In this document: one piece after another, positions 9,967-19,836 of the stretch
Layout of the letters: every line of letters starts with the position of its first letter
Position numbering within the stretch: position 1 is the first letter of the stretch
Source: Nitrospinota bacterium
GTDB lineage: Bacteria; JADFOP01
Direction: 5' to 3'
Assembly: GCA_022562795.1 (NCBI GenBank)
Contig: JADFOP010000001.1
Span: forward strand, 20,691 to 84,690
Length of the DNA stretch: 64,000 nt
Position numbers and translations under genes: made by a program
Notes under the pieces: generated by a model
The model's database searches: none
What the model was told of the DNA's origin: nothing
The model's input: only the letters and a program-made list of their open reading frames with translations

Positions 9967-9994
9967 TGCTCGAGCAGAACTCCTCTCCTGCCTC

Positions 9995-10795
9995 TCAACC
10001 CTCTTCCGAGGGCCTTCGGCCGAGGCTGAGGACCTCCATCATGGCTTCGTGCAGCAGGTCGTTGGACGCCAAAATCTCTGATTTGTAGATGTCGAGGGGC
10101 TCGCCGTTGAAGGTGCTCACCCGGCCGCCTGCCTCCTCAACGAGGAGGGCTCCCGCAGCCACGTCCCAGGGCTTGAGCTTCAGCTCCCAGAAGCCGTCGT
10201 AGCGGCCGCTGGCCGTGTGGGCCAGATCGATGGCAGCTGCACCGGGCCGGCGGATTGCCAGCGCCCGCCGGGCGAAGTGCTCGAAGTGGTCGAGGTTGGT
10301 GACCGAGGCGGTGTGGATGTCGTAGGGAAATCCGGTCGCCAGGAACGCCTCGGCGAGCTCTGTCACATCGGAGACGCGGATCGCCTCGCCGTTCAAGAAA
10401 GCCCCGCCGCCGGAGGTGGCGGTGAAGGTCTCGCCGTGGACGGGATCCTCGATCACGCCGACAACGAGGGCCCCGTCCACCTCGAGGGCGATCGAGACGG
10501 CAAAGATGGGAATAGCGTGGGCGTAGTTGGTCGTCCCGTCGAGAGGATCGATTATCCAGCGCCTTGGGCGCTCGAGATGCTCAGGCGGGGCCTCTTCGGA
10601 GAGCAACCCATCGTCGCCGAATGCGCCCTGGAGGGCCTCGAAGATGAGCCGCTCCGAGGCGGTGTCCATCTCCGTGACGAGGTCGATTGCCCCCTTGTGG
10701 GTGGTGCGGACGGGTTGGCCGAAGTGCTTCATGAGAAGCCGGCCGGCGGCCTGGGCGGCCTCGACGGTCACCGCGAGCTCGCGCTGATATGGCAC
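9995..10795 (-). CDS. suhB: inositol monophosphatase family protein (SuhB)
   Basis: VTEMDTASE, WIIDPLDGTTNYAH, AAIDLAHTASGRYDGFWE, WDVAAGALLVEEAGG motifs. Confidence 0.85.
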   Translation of the reverse strand: MPYQRELAVTVEAAQAAGRLLMKHFGQPVRTTHKGAIDLVTEMDTASERLIFEALQGAFGDDGLLSEEAPPEHLERPRRWIIDPLDGTTNYAHAIPIFAVSIALEVDGALVVGVIEDPVHGETFTATSGGGAFLNGEAIRVSDVTELAEAFLATGFPYDIHTASVTNLDHFEHFARRALAIRRPGAAAIDLAHTASGRYDGFWELKLKPWDVAAGALLVEEAGGRVSTFNGEPLDIYKSEILASNDLLHEAMMEVLSLGRRPSEEG

Positions 10796-11045
10796 GGGGT
10801 CCTCCGGAGTGGTTTACGGGGAGGTACAACGGGCGGCATTCTAGCCGAGGCCGCCGGGCGGCGCAAGGCGACAGCCAGCTCGGGGCTACCTGCCGGAGTC
10901 GCCGATGGTCGCCTGAACGGCCGCCGTGCCCTGGGTGGGCGATGGCGCGGCAGGGGCCCCGGAGGACTTCCAGCCTCGGCAGGAGGCGAGCGCCAGGCAG
11001 AGGGCGGCGGCAATGAGGACTCTCTTCATAACGGGGACCTCCAGC

Positions 11046-11843
11046 TTAAGGCCCTGGGAGACGGGCCAAAAACTCCTTGGCGACGTTTATGGGCACGGCG
11101 AAGCCGATTCCTTGGGCCCTGGCCGCAATCGCGGTGTTAATTCCGATGACCCTCCCTCCTAAATCGACCAGCGGCCCGCCGGAGTTGCCCGGGTTGATGG
11201 AGGCGTCGGTCTGAAGGAGGTCGTAGGAGCGCTGGGCCTTCTCGTCAATAATGCGCCCCTTGGCGCTGATGATGCCCGTCGTGACTGTGTGGGAAAGCCC
11301 CAGAGGGTTGCCCACAGCCATCACGAGCTCTCCGATTGCGATCCGATCGCTGTCACCCAGGGCGAGGGTCGGCAGGGGTTCGGGGGAGGTGACCTTAAGG
11401 AGGGCCACCTCCCGGCTCGGGTCGCGGGCCACGACTCGGGCCTCCCTCGGCTTCTGGTCGTCCTTGAGCATCACGTGGACGGCCTCGGCGTCGGCCACCA
11501 CATGGTCGCTCGTTAGGATGTAGCCGCTGGGATGGATGAGAAACCCGCTTCCCAGGCTCTTGCCGTGGGAGGTAGCCGGCACCCGGAGGCGAAAGGGGAT
11601 GAGGGGAAGCCCGATGTTGCGCTCGCCTCGGCGTAGCTGGGTGGTTAAAATGCTCACCACCGCCGGGTTGACCTGCCGGGCGAGCCTGGAGAAATGGTGG
11701 CTGGTAAGAACCGTTGGCCCCTTCGGCGGTGTGGCTTCCCGCCATAGGCGGTCGGCTCCCAGCGCGGGCCCGACGGCCGCCACAGATGCTATCAGACAAA
11801 AAAGCGGCCCGAATAAGATGGGCCTAAGCCTGCACGGTCGCAT
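11046..11843 (-). CDS. trypsin-like serine protease (S1C, no PDZ)
   Basis: Catalytic triad context TSDHVV...D...GNSGGPL; signal peptide; GGAAGGAG RBS 8 nt before ATG(MRPCRL). Confidence 0.75.
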   Translation of the reverse strand: MRPCRLRPILFGPLFCLIASVAAVGPALGADRLWREATPPKGPTVLTSHHFSRLARQVNPAVVSILTTQLRRGERNIGLPLIPFRLRVPATSHGKSLGSGFLIHPSGYILTSDHVVADAEAVHVMLKDDQKPREARVVARDPSREVALLKVTSPEPLPTLALGDSDRIAIGELVMAVGNPLGLSHTVTTGIISAKGRIIDEKAQRSYDLLQTDASINPGNSGGPLVDLGGRVIGINTAIAARAQGIGFAVPINVAKEFLARLPGP

Positions 11844-12052
11844 TACGCGGGCTCCTTCCGGCATCGATTAAATCACACCGCATGGGGGGTGGCAAGGGGC
11901 GTTGGGGGTCGAGGCTTCCGGTAACATCCTGTTTTGAGGATGGTTATATAGCACTGTTGTGCTTACTCATTGTCTCCCCCGCTTCTCCCCTCGTTGCCTG
12001 GACGCGGCCCTTTGTGCTACCATCGCTCCACCGAGAGAGGCGGAGGTGTCGA

Positions 12053-12907
12053 GTGCCAACTATCACAATCGGCCTCGGTCAGATTCAACCCACCCTGGGA
12101 GATGTGGAGAAGAATCGGGCCATCGTGCGCGATGTAATCGAGCGGGCGCGCGCCGCTGGGGTCGACCTCCTCGTGTTTCCCGAGCTGGCCCTGACCGGCT
12201 ACTTTCTAAAGGATATTGTCCCATACGCCGCCTGCACGAGGGATAGCCCCGCCCTGGCCGAGATCGCCGAGGCGAGCAACTCGATGGCCATCATCCTCGG
12301 CTACGTCGAAGAGGGCCCCCAGCACCTCTACTACAACGCCGCATCGCTGTTCGACGGCGGCCTCCCCGTCCACCACCATCGAAAGGTCTACCTGCCCACG
12401 TACGGTATGTTCGAAGAGCAGCGCTACTTCGCTCAGGGCGACCGCTTCCGTGCTGCCGATACCCGCTTCGGTCGCATGGGGCTTGCGCTGTGCGAAGACC
12501 TCTGGCACACCTCGGCGGCATATTGCCTCTGGCAGGACGGCGCCGACCTGCTGGTTATCCTAGCTTCTAGCCCGGGCCGGGGCATTACCGAGGCCGACCG
12601 CCTCACTATCACCGAGACCTGGGAGCGGCTCACCGCCAATTACGCTCAGATGTATTCCCAGGTCGTCATCTTCGTCAACCGAGTGGGCTACGAAGACGGC
12701 GTCAATTTCTGGGGCGGCTCGGAGGTTCTGGGGCCCGACGGCCGTCGGCTGCTCAAGGCTCCCTACTTCGAGGAGGCCTTTGTAACCTGCAAGGTGGACT
12801 TGGCAGAAATCCGCCGCCGCCGAATTATCGACACGACCCTGCGCGACGAGGACCTCTCCATTACCCTCCGAGAGCTTCAGCGAATCTTAGAGGCCCGCCA
12901 GCAATGA
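12053..12907 (+). CDS. carbon-nitrogen hydrolase (nitrilase-superfamily; likely glutaminase partner of NadE)
   Basis: [20 protein letters not shown] (Cys nucleophile) and E-K-C triad context; GTG start with GGAGG RBS; overlaps nadE start by 4 nt. Confidence 0.7.
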   Translation: MPTITIGLGQIQPTLGDVEKNRAIVRDVIERARAAGVDLLVFPELALTGYFLKDIVPYAACTRDSPALAEIAEASNSMAIILGYVEEGPQHLYYNAASLFDGGLPVHHHRKVYLPTYGMFEEQRYFAQGDRFRAADTRFGRMGLALCEDLWHTSAAYCLWQDGADLLVILASSPGRGITEADRLTITETWERLTANYAQMYSQVVIFVNRVGYEDGVNFWGGSEVLGPDGRRLLKAPYFEEAFVTCKVDLAEIRRRRIIDTTLRDEDLSITLRELQRILEARQQ

Positions 12908-13752
12908 AGTCTACCTTTCAGACCCCGGCCTTGGAGTGGCTGAAGATCAACCCAGCCCTGGCCGAGACGATGCTCAACGGTTTTATCCGAGATGAGGTCA
13001 CCAAGATGAGCTTCTCCCGGGTGGTACTGGGGCTCTCGGGCGGGGTGGATTCGAGCCTCTGTGCCCTGCTCGCCGCCCGGGCCCTGGGCCCTGAGAACGT
13101 AACCGCCATCATGATGCCGTACAAGTCCTCGGCCCCAGAGAGCGTGGAGCACGCCCGGCAGGTCGTAAGCCAGTCGGGCATCCACTCCCTCCACATTGAG
13201 ATTACCCCCATGATCGATGCCTACTTCGAGAGCTGTCCCGATGCCGACCAGAACCGGCGGGGGAACAAAATGGCCCGCGAGCGCATGACCATCCTCTACG
13301 ACCACTCAGCCCTCCTGAAGGCTCTCGTTCTTGGCACCAGCAACAAGAGCGAGCTCCTGCTCGGCTACGGTACCCTTTACGGCGATATGGCCAGCGCCCT
13401 AAACCCCATCGGTGATCTTTACAAGAGCCAGGTCTGGCAGCTCGCCGAGTGGATGGGAGTGCCCGCCGAGGTCATCGGCAAGGCCCCCTCGGCCGACCTA
13501 TGGGTGGGCCAGACCGACGAGGGTGAGCTGGGCTTCGGCTACCCCGACGTGGACCAGCTTCTCTACTACCTGGTGGATAGACGCCACAGCCCCGAGGAGT
13601 GCGTGGAGGCAGGATTCCCTGATGACTTCGTCCGCCGCGTGGTGGGGATGGTCCAGGGTAGTCAGTTCAAGCGGCGCCCGCCCGTAATCGCTAAAATATC
13701 CGACCGGACAATCGAGGCCGACTTCCGCTACGCCCGCGACTGGGGGCGGTAG
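12904..13752 (+). CDS. nadE: NH3-dependent NAD+ synthetase
   Basis: PP-loop [33 protein letters not shown] motifs. Confidence 0.85.
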   Translation: MKSTFQTPALEWLKINPALAETMLNGFIRDEVTKMSFSRVVLGLSGGVDSSLCALLAARALGPENVTAIMMPYKSSAPESVEHARQVVSQSGIHSLHIEITPMIDAYFESCPDADQNRRGNKMARERMTILYDHSALLKALVLGTSNKSELLLGYGTLYGDMASALNPIGDLYKSQVWQLAEWMGVPAEVIGKAPSADLWVGQTDEGELGFGYPDVDQLLYYLVDRRHSPEECVEAGFPDDFVRRVVGMVQGSQFKRRPPVIAKISDRTIEADFRYARDWGR

Positions 13753-13850
13753 GGAGGCATAGCCGGCAAGTGGGGTATCGAAGAGCCTAAGGTCTAAAGC
13801 CGTTAAGCGCCCGTGTCTCCCTTTTTCCCATCATACATCGCCATTTTTTC

Positions 13851-13877
13851 CTTGAACAATATACTACATTGTAGTAT
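13851..13877 (+). promoter_or_regulatory. putative promoter/operator of the brnTA-like module (palindrome ATACTACATTGTAGTAT)
   Basis: TTGAAC then a perfect 7+7 palindrome overlapping a TAGTAT -10-like hexamer ~90 bp upstream of the toxin ATG. Confidence 0.25.
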
Positions 13878-13966
13878 CTTCTGAAAGTAGCTGAGCCCCA
13901 TCTCCGTCTAAGAGAGAGTCTAGTTATGATTCGACAAAGGTTGCGGATAACTCAGGAGTTGGGGAC

Positions 13967-14239
13967 ATGTTTATTGACTACCTCGAGTGGGACGAGGCGG
14001 TAGTAGGGAAGATAATCGCAGAACATCAAGTCGATCCAGAGGAGGTAGAAGAAGTCATCTGGGACAGCGATTTTCTGACAAGGCGTGTTGGGAAAAATAG
14101 GTTCATGATTTTGGGAAAGACCCTATCTGGTCGGCATTTGGTTATAATTCTAGATAGATTGAGAAAAGGTGATTTCAAGCCGGTAACGGCTCGAGAAATG
14201 ACCTCCAAAGAAAAGAAGTCATTTCGAAGGGCAAGGTGA
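13967..14239 (+). CDS. BrnT-like ribonuclease toxin (DUF497)
   Basis: EWDE...EEV.EVI.D......R...GKNRFMILGKTLSGRHLVIILDR..KGDFKPVTAREMTSKEKK matches DUF497/BrnT; toxin-first gene order like BrnTA. Confidence 0.65.
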   Translation: MFIDYLEWDEAVVGKIIAEHQVDPEEVEEVIWDSDFLTRRVGKNRFMILGKTLSGRHLVIILDRLRKGDFKPVTAREMTSKEKKSFRRAR

Positions 14240-14277
14240 TATCTTTTCCATAAGTCCAAACCGTGAGGGTACTTGCG

Positions 14278-14931
14278 ATGAGTCCTATAGAAAAAGGGAT
14301 GCCAAAACACCCCAAAGCTAAATTCCCCCCCGGAGAAGATGTAGAGTTTTTCGAGCGCTCGGACTTGTCTGACCTCATTGAGAAGGGTGAAGTAGTCAAC
14401 CTTCGTACAAGGAAAATTATCGAGCCATGTCCTCATTGTTCTGCTAAGCGGCTTAGAAAAAGAATTATAGATGTTCCGCTATACAACGACCAAATCGCCC
14501 TGCGGAAAATACGTGTTGTCTACTGTCCAAACTGCAAACGAAATTTTGTAGAAATTAGGGACTTTCAACGTTTTCTGGATCTTTTTAAGAGTGAGCTGGC
14601 TAAAATTGATGAAAGTTCATTACGAGAGCAACTGGAAGAGGGGATACGGCTTTTTGAGCAGCGGTGGAAAAGCAAGGTAAATCGGCGAAAAGTATTAACG
14701 TTCTATTTTCCATCGAAGACCACGGGAAAGCATAAGAATGCTCACGTATCTATAAGAACAACCGATCCTTTGGCTAAACCACTTGGGGCTGTAAATAGTG
14801 CGATGCTGAGAGATTTGCTAAGTATCCATAATTATGAAGATTTGCAGCGTGCAGCGGCCAAAGAGAATAGAACAATCAGTAAATTTATTAAATCTCGTCT
14901 ATCCTTCCTTGTTCAAGAAGTAGGGAGTTAG
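14278..14931 (+). CDS. BrnA-like antitoxin (COG3514) with inserted zinc-ribbon and C-terminal RHH-like tail
   Basis: N-terminal MPKHPKAKFPPGEDVEFFERSD as in COG3514; CPHC...CPNC zinc ribbon; C-terminal ENRTISKFIKSRL; GAGGGT RBS 7 nt upstream; low GC. Confidence 0.5.
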   Translation: MSPIEKGMPKHPKAKFPPGEDVEFFERSDLSDLIEKGEVVNLRTRKIIEPCPHCSAKRLRKRIIDVPLYNDQIALRKIRVVYCPNCKRNFVEIRDFQRFLDLFKSELAKIDESSLREQLEEGIRLFEQRWKSKVNRRKVLTFYFPSKTTGKHKNAHVSIRTTDPLAKPLGAVNSAMLRDLLSIHNYEDLQRAAAKENRTISKFIKSRLSFLVQEVGS

Positions 14932-14989
14932 TTGATTTCCGCCTCGCCGTCGGTGTGATATATTATTGGGCAAATCGGAGGAGTAGAGT

Positions 14990-15631
14990 TTGAGTAAGCT
15001 CGAGAGGCGCACCAGCACTCAATTTAGGTGGTGGGCGCCCCTATACGATGGCAACCCCCTCCAGTGGTTTCTCTTTCGACCCGCTCACGGCCTGGTGATG
15101 CGGGAGATCGAGTCGCTCGGGCGCTCCGACCTTGCTGTGCTCGATGTGGGTTGCGGCACGGGTGTGCTGCTTAGGAGCCTCAAGGACGCATTCCCAAAAA
15201 GCGTCGTCTGGGGCCTTGACCTTTCTCCCCACATGCTGGCCCGGGCGGTGCCCAAGAGGATCGACCACGACCCCTTTCACGTTACCCGCGGCGATAGCGA
15301 ATTTCTGCCCTTCGCCGAAGGGAGCTTCGATGTCGTGGTCTGCTCCAATTCCTTCCACCATTACCCCCGCCAGGGGAAGGTGGTAAATGAGATGGCTCGC
15401 GTGCTCAAGCCCGGCGGAATTGCGTGCGTCGTTGACGGCTCCATAGACGGACCGCTGGGCAAACTCATCTTCCGCGGAATTGTCGAGACTGTGGAGAGGA
15501 ACGTGCACCACTGCTCGAAGCCCGAATTCGCGGAGCTCTTTCAACGGGCCGGCTTCAGGGGCATCCGCCACACCTCCATCTTCCGGGGTCTGCCCTTAGT
15601 AATGACGATAGGCGTCTCCAACACCCCGTGA
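14990..15631 (+). CDS. class I SAM-dependent methyltransferase
   Basis: VLDVGCGTGVL motif I, LKPGGIACVVD motif. Confidence 0.7.
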   Translation: MSKLERRTSTQFRWWAPLYDGNPLQWFLFRPAHGLVMREIESLGRSDLAVLDVGCGTGVLLRSLKDAFPKSVVWGLDLSPHMLARAVPKRIDHDPFHVTRGDSEFLPFAEGSFDVVVCSNSFHHYPRQGKVVNEMARVLKPGGIACVVDGSIDGPLGKLIFRGIVETVERNVHHCSKPEFAELFQRAGFRGIRHTSIFRGLPLVMTIGVSNTP

Positions 15632-16971
15632 CGCCTCGCTCTCCGATTTCCACCGCGTCCTTGAGCCTGCCCTACGGTGAAGTTTGCCTCGCGGTAGAAC
15701 CGAAAGGCCCGGCCGTAGCCTTGGGCGCCAGGCCCACTCCGCCGGTGGCGGACGTGCTCTCCGCCGTACGGGAGGCCATCTTATGCCCGGTTGAAAGCGC
15801 TCCACTGGAGCAGATGGCCAGGGGCGCCCGAAGCGTGGTTGTGGTGTTGGCCGACGCCACCCGAAGGCTTCCACAGGGCCCCATGCTGGAGGCCGCCCTG
15901 GAGGCCCTTGAGGGACGGGAGGTCACGCTGCTCGTCGGCGGCGGGCTACACGGCCCATCGCCGCTCGATGCGATGGGCCTGCCCGAAGAGATTCTTCGCC
16001 GCTTGCCCATACACCAGCATGATGGCAGGGACCGGCGCTCCCTCGTTGATATGGGTCTCTTGGGTTCGACCCCGGGTCTCGACCTCTCGTGGGTGGCCTC
16101 CCAGGTCGGCTTGGGGTTGAAGGACGCCTGGCGTAGGCCGACGGCCAGGGGTCTCGCCGGGCGCCTATCCCGGGGGCTGCTCGCGATCCGGGCGGCGGCG
16201 CCGAACCGCCTCTCGATCAACCGGCTCTGCGCCGAGGCTGACCTCATCGTCGCCCTGGGACAGATTACGCCCCACTTCCTAACCGGATACTCCGGCGGCA
16301 TCAAGGCCGTCGTGCCCGGTGCCGCGGGCCGCTCGACCATTGTGGGAAACCACCTGAAGATTCTTCACGCCTCTGCCAGAGCGGGCCTCGTGGAGGGCAA
16401 CGTCGTTCGGGCCGAGCTTGAAAGGTCGGTCTCGCTTCTTCCGCCCATCTTCATTGTCAATGTCGTCCCGGCTGCCGATGGGCAGCCGGCCTCCTTCGTA
16501 GCCGGCCACCCCGTGGGCGCCCACCGCGCCGGTGTGGAGATCGCCCGCTCCATCTACGAGGTCGAAACGCCCCGGGCCGAAGCGGTGATCGTCGGAGCCT
16601 CTCACCCGAGGACCATCAATCTCTTCCAGCTTTTGAAGGTTCTTCCGGCGGCGGCGCGCGTCGTGAGGCCCGGCGGAGGGATCTGTGTCGCTGGGCCCTG
16701 CCCGGCTGGCCTCGGGGCCAAAACGCTCCTTCGCCAGATCTTGTTTCCCTGCTATATGGACGCCCTACTTCCGCCGGGCGTGGAGCTTACGTTGTTGTCG
16801 GGCGTTCCCCCGAGGGTGGCTGCGGCCGCCACACCGTTCAGGTCCGTGGCCAGCCTCGACGAGGCTGTGGGCCGCCTCAGGGGCCGGGCCGGGCCCGAGG
16901 GGCTCCTGGCCGTCATGGACGGCTCGGGCCCCATCGTCCCGCTCACTGACGGCGCACGCCGGGAGGGATGA
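15628..16971 (+). CDS. LarA-family (DUF2088, lactate racemase-like) protein
   Basis: LPYGEVCLAVEP, VVVLADATRRLP, LLVGGGLHG, ITPHFLTGYSGGIKAVVPGAAGRSTIVGNH matches LarA nickel-pincer binding core. Confidence 0.6.
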   Translation: MTPRSPISTASLSLPYGEVCLAVEPKGPAVALGARPTPPVADVLSAVREAILCPVESAPLEQMARGARSVVVVLADATRRLPQGPMLEAALEALEGREVTLLVGGGLHGPSPLDAMGLPEEILRRLPIHQHDGRDRRSLVDMGLLGSTPGLDLSWVASQVGLGLKDAWRRPTARGLAGRLSRGLLAIRAAAPNRLSINRLCAEADLIVALGQITPHFLTGYSGGIKAVVPGAAGRSTIVGNHLKILHASARAGLVEGNVVRAELERSVSLLPPIFIVNVVPAADGQPASFVAGHPVGAHRAGVEIARSIYEVETPRAEAVIVGASHPRTINLFQLLKVLPAAARVVRPGGGICVAGPCPAGLGAKTLLRQILFPCYMDALLPPGVELTLLSGVPPRVAAAATPFRSVASLDEAVGRLRGRAGPEGLLAVMDGSGPIVPLTDGARREG

Positions 16972-17085
16972 CTTCACATGACCCTAGATAACCCGTAAGG
17001 TTTTCTTTTAAAAGGGTGGGAATAATGTTTAAGTACTACGTTTTAAATGAAGGATTTCGATAAGTTCGGATCGGTAGGGTATTGC

Positions 17086-17820
17086 CTACTCTATCCTTTC
17101 AGCCAAATGGCAAATGCGATCGATCAATTCCCCTATACCAAGGATTTTTGGGTTTTCGCTAGTTATATCAACCCAATGATACCGGTCGTCTTTTTCTTTG
17201 TAGATAGCGGCTGCGACAAAATTGTTATATTCCGTCATTCCCTCCAACTTGGCAACGATATGTTCTAGACGATCGGCGCTTGCTAGTCGCATCATCCATC
17301 CACTAAAAAATAGTGGGAAGGTTTCCTCGACGAATTCTCCCCACCCGCCCTCGGTTTCTGGGTTTACATACCTTTTCAAGTCGACGGGCGTGTACTTTAC
17401 CTCTTTCACCCTCTTGTCGATATCGATCGATATCGTTCGCTCTGGTTTTAGTTCTTCCCCGCTACGATGTTCTGGGCTTCCAATCATCTTTAATTCCCCC
17501 GCGATTACTACGGCATCGGCGCTTACATTCCGGCCTGCGCGGGCATCGACCGTGAGGGTGATGTCGACCGTATGGATATCCGTTCGACCAGAGACACGAC
17601 GCTCGGTAAGCTGGACGCCACATCTCGACTCTGCCAAAGCTGCTATTGTATCCTTGAAGGCGTTACCCTTTTGTCTGTACTTGCCTTCTGGTACGAGTCC
17701 GCCCTTCCTCAAGCTGTCGAGCTCTTGAATTACCCTCAATAGATCATCCCTCACGTCTTCCCACGAGAGATGCTCAGCGATAATTCTTGCGCTCAGGTTA
17801 TTCCATCTTGTGAAGGGCAT
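17086..17820 (-). CDS. putative Type II restriction endonuclease (PD-(D/E)xK)
   Basis: TDIHTVDITLTV...VVIAGELKMIG gives a D...(D/E)xK core; directly downstream and co-oriented with a DNA MTase; low GC. Confidence 0.45.
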   Translation of the reverse strand: MPFTRWNNLSARIIAEHLSWEDVRDDLLRVIQELDSLRKGGLVPEGKYRQKGNAFKDTIAALAESRCGVQLTERRVSGRTDIHTVDITLTVDARAGRNVSADAVVIAGELKMIGSPEHRSGEELKPERTISIDIDKRVKEVKYTPVDLKRYVNPETEGGWGEFVEETFPLFFSGWMMRLASADRLEHIVAKLEGMTEYNNFVAAAIYKEKDDRYHWVDITSENPKILGIGELIDRICHLAERIE

Positions 17821-17833
17821 TCTAGGTGTTGTT

Positions 17834-18799
17834 CTATGTAGAGGAGACGACCCTGAGGGCCGCAGAGGAGAACAGTCCGCTGGTCTTGGAGCTCAGCCTC
17901 TTGTGCGCATGATCAAGGTAAGAGGGATGAATTTCAAATCCTATGCTGTTTCTGCCCCACTTTGCCGCAGCCAGATTCGTCGTTCCCGTCCCCATGAAGG
18001 GGTCGACCACCGTATCGCCGGCGAAGCTGAACATGCGCACCAATCGCCCAGCTAAATCTAAGGGGAACGGTGCGGGATGATTTCTCGTTGATTCTCCAGG
18101 AATTGTCCAGATTTGCTGAAACCATTCTCGGTGGTTTTCTTCCGAGATGACGCTTAGGAGTCTGGCAGCCACCGAAGGCCTACGGTAACCCCCTGGCTTT
18201 CGCTGCATGAGAATATACTCAATATCATTCTTAATGATCGCGTTGGGCTCGTAAGGTTTCCCGAGAAATCGAGAGCCATTTTCAACCTCGTATTGAGCGT
18301 TCGTGATCTTGTACCATATGATGGGTGCTAGGTTATCGAAGCCCAGGCCTCGACACTGCTCTTGAATTGAGGCGTGAAGTGGAACGACCATATGTCGTCC
18401 GTGTTTGCGGCGGGACAGGCATACATCGCCTACAACGATTACCAAACGTCCTCCTTTGACGAGGATGCGGAAACAATGCTTCCAAATGGGCAGCAACGAT
18501 TCGAGAAACAATTCGTAATCAGTGATAGACCCAAGTTGCCCACGACGAGATGGGTACTCTTTGAGGTTCCAGTAAGGCGGGGACGTTACGACGAGATGGG
18601 TGCTTTCGTTGTCTATAATATCCATTTCTCGGGCGTCACGAAGATACAGTGTATGAGTCGTTGAAAGGTGGGATATTGCAGATTGAATGGATTGGATAGC
18701 TTGGGGGTTTTTGGCTATCTTGGGTATATCCGTTTGGGGATTCTTGAGATTGGCTAGTTCTGGCGAAAGATGCTCACGAAGCAGATCGTCCAGATTCAT
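17834..18799 (-). CDS. DNA methyltransferase, beta class (SPPY motif IV; N4-cytosine or N6-adenine)
   Basis: VVTSPPYWN (motif IV) before DPFMGTGTT (motif I), the beta-class order; low GC. Confidence 0.8.
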   Translation of the reverse strand: MNLDDLLREHLSPELANLKNPQTDIPKIAKNPQAIQSIQSAISHLSTTHTLYLRDAREMDIIDNESTHLVVTSPPYWNLKEYPSRRGQLGSITDYELFLESLLPIWKHCFRILVKGGRLVIVVGDVCLSRRKHGRHMVVPLHASIQEQCRGLGFDNLAPIIWYKITNAQYEVENGSRFLGKPYEPNAIIKNDIEYILMQRKPGGYRRPSVAARLLSVISEENHREWFQQIWTIPGESTRNHPAPFPLDLAGRLVRMFSFAGDTVVDPFMGTGTTNLAAAKWGRNSIGFEIHPSYLDHAHKRLSSKTSGLFSSAALRVVSST

Positions 18800-18999
18800 A
18801 TCTTCATTCTACCATATAATTAGGTGGATAAAACTCCCAAATTTGATTTTTCATGCAGCCGACTCAAGACATATAGATGTGAAAAAGGGTCGGGAGCCAT
18901 TCTACTACCTTTAGACGAATGACCAGTGATAAAAATTACAAGTTCAGCCTTTAGAGGGTCTCCCAATAAAAACCCTCAGAGGATCTAAAATAGCCCGCC

Positions 19000-19836
19000 T
19001 CAAACCTTCGTGTGCTCGGTTTGGGCCTCTTGGGTATCGTCGGGCAGGTCGACCAGGCGGTAGTCGCCGAAGAGGTTCGGGGCCTCTCGCTGCATGATCT
19101 TGAGCATCTGGATGGCCACCTTGCGTATCTCGATGTCGGCGTCGCGGGAGCCGCGCATCTCGATGTAGTGGCGAAGGGCCCGGGCGTTGGCGCTCCAAAA
19201 AAGGTAGGTCTCGGTGGAGTTGGGCATGACGCTCCGGGCAGCGCTCCGGACGGTCTTGACCAGGAGGGTTTTATCGAGATGCTCCCGGAGGTCCTCGGCC
19301 AAAAGCTGCACAAGCTTGTCGTAGGCCCCCTGTGACTGGGCTACCGCCTCCTCCCAGACCCGCTTGGCCTCGGGGTTGGCCTCGATCATGGGCAGCAGCG
19401 CCTGGCCGCTCGCGCTCTCCGAGACGTAGCGTTGGGATCGCTGGCTGATGGCGATGCCCGCCCGGTGGCGGACGTGCTCGTGCGAGAAGACCCGGCTCAC
19501 CCCCGCGATGATGAAGTTCCAAACGGCGTGTTCTAATACGCTTCCGTGCTTCGATTCGATGATGTGGCCCAGGTACTCCCCGGTGTCTGAGCGGCCCTTG
19601 CCGAAGGCGTCGTAGCAGATCTTGCCCGCCGCCATACAGAGCAGCTCGGCGGCGTTGTCCGTGTCGGTCTCCCAGTGGAGCGGGGCCTCCTCGCCCGCCT
19701 GAGGCGGGTCGGTGACCTGCTCTCCCGCAATGGTGACCCCAACCCCTTCATCGTCGAAAAAGGCCTTCCAGCCCTCCTTGACAAGCGAGGGCCGGCCCAT
19801 CAGGTAGACCCTGGGTTCGCGGACGACGGTAATCAC
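19000..19836 (-). CDS. thyX: flavin-dependent thymidylate synthase ThyX
   Basis: ThyX signature HEHVRHRAGIAISQRSQRY (RHRxxxxxxxS...RY). Confidence 0.8.
   Translation of the reverse strand: MITVVREPRVYLMGRPSLVKEGWKAFFDDEGVGVTIAGEQVTDPPQAGEEAPLHWETDTDNAAELLCMAAGKICYDAFGKGRSDTGEYLGHIIESKHGSVLEHAVWNFIIAGVSRVFSHEHVRHRAGIAISQRSQRYVSESASGQALLPMIEANPEAKRVWEEAVAQSQGAYDKLVQLLAEDLREHLDKTLLVKTVRSAARSVMPNSTETYLFWSANARALRHYIEMRGSRDADIEIRKVAIQMLKIMQREAPNLFGDYRLVDLPDDTQEAQTEHTKV

Noticed and set aside
10217-11140. 307-aa plus-strand ORF overlapping suhB and the protease gene
   Set aside because: Antisense to two well-supported genes; Gly/Arg-rich composition typical of GC-driven spurious ORFs. The same reasoning was applied to 35589-36554, 55055-55618, 37420-37989, 27595-28521 and similar ORFs.
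18800-19000. Terminator between the MTase and thyX (GAGGGT...ACCCTC)
   Set aside because: The stem is only 6 bp with a 12-nt loop and no T-run in the correct orientation.
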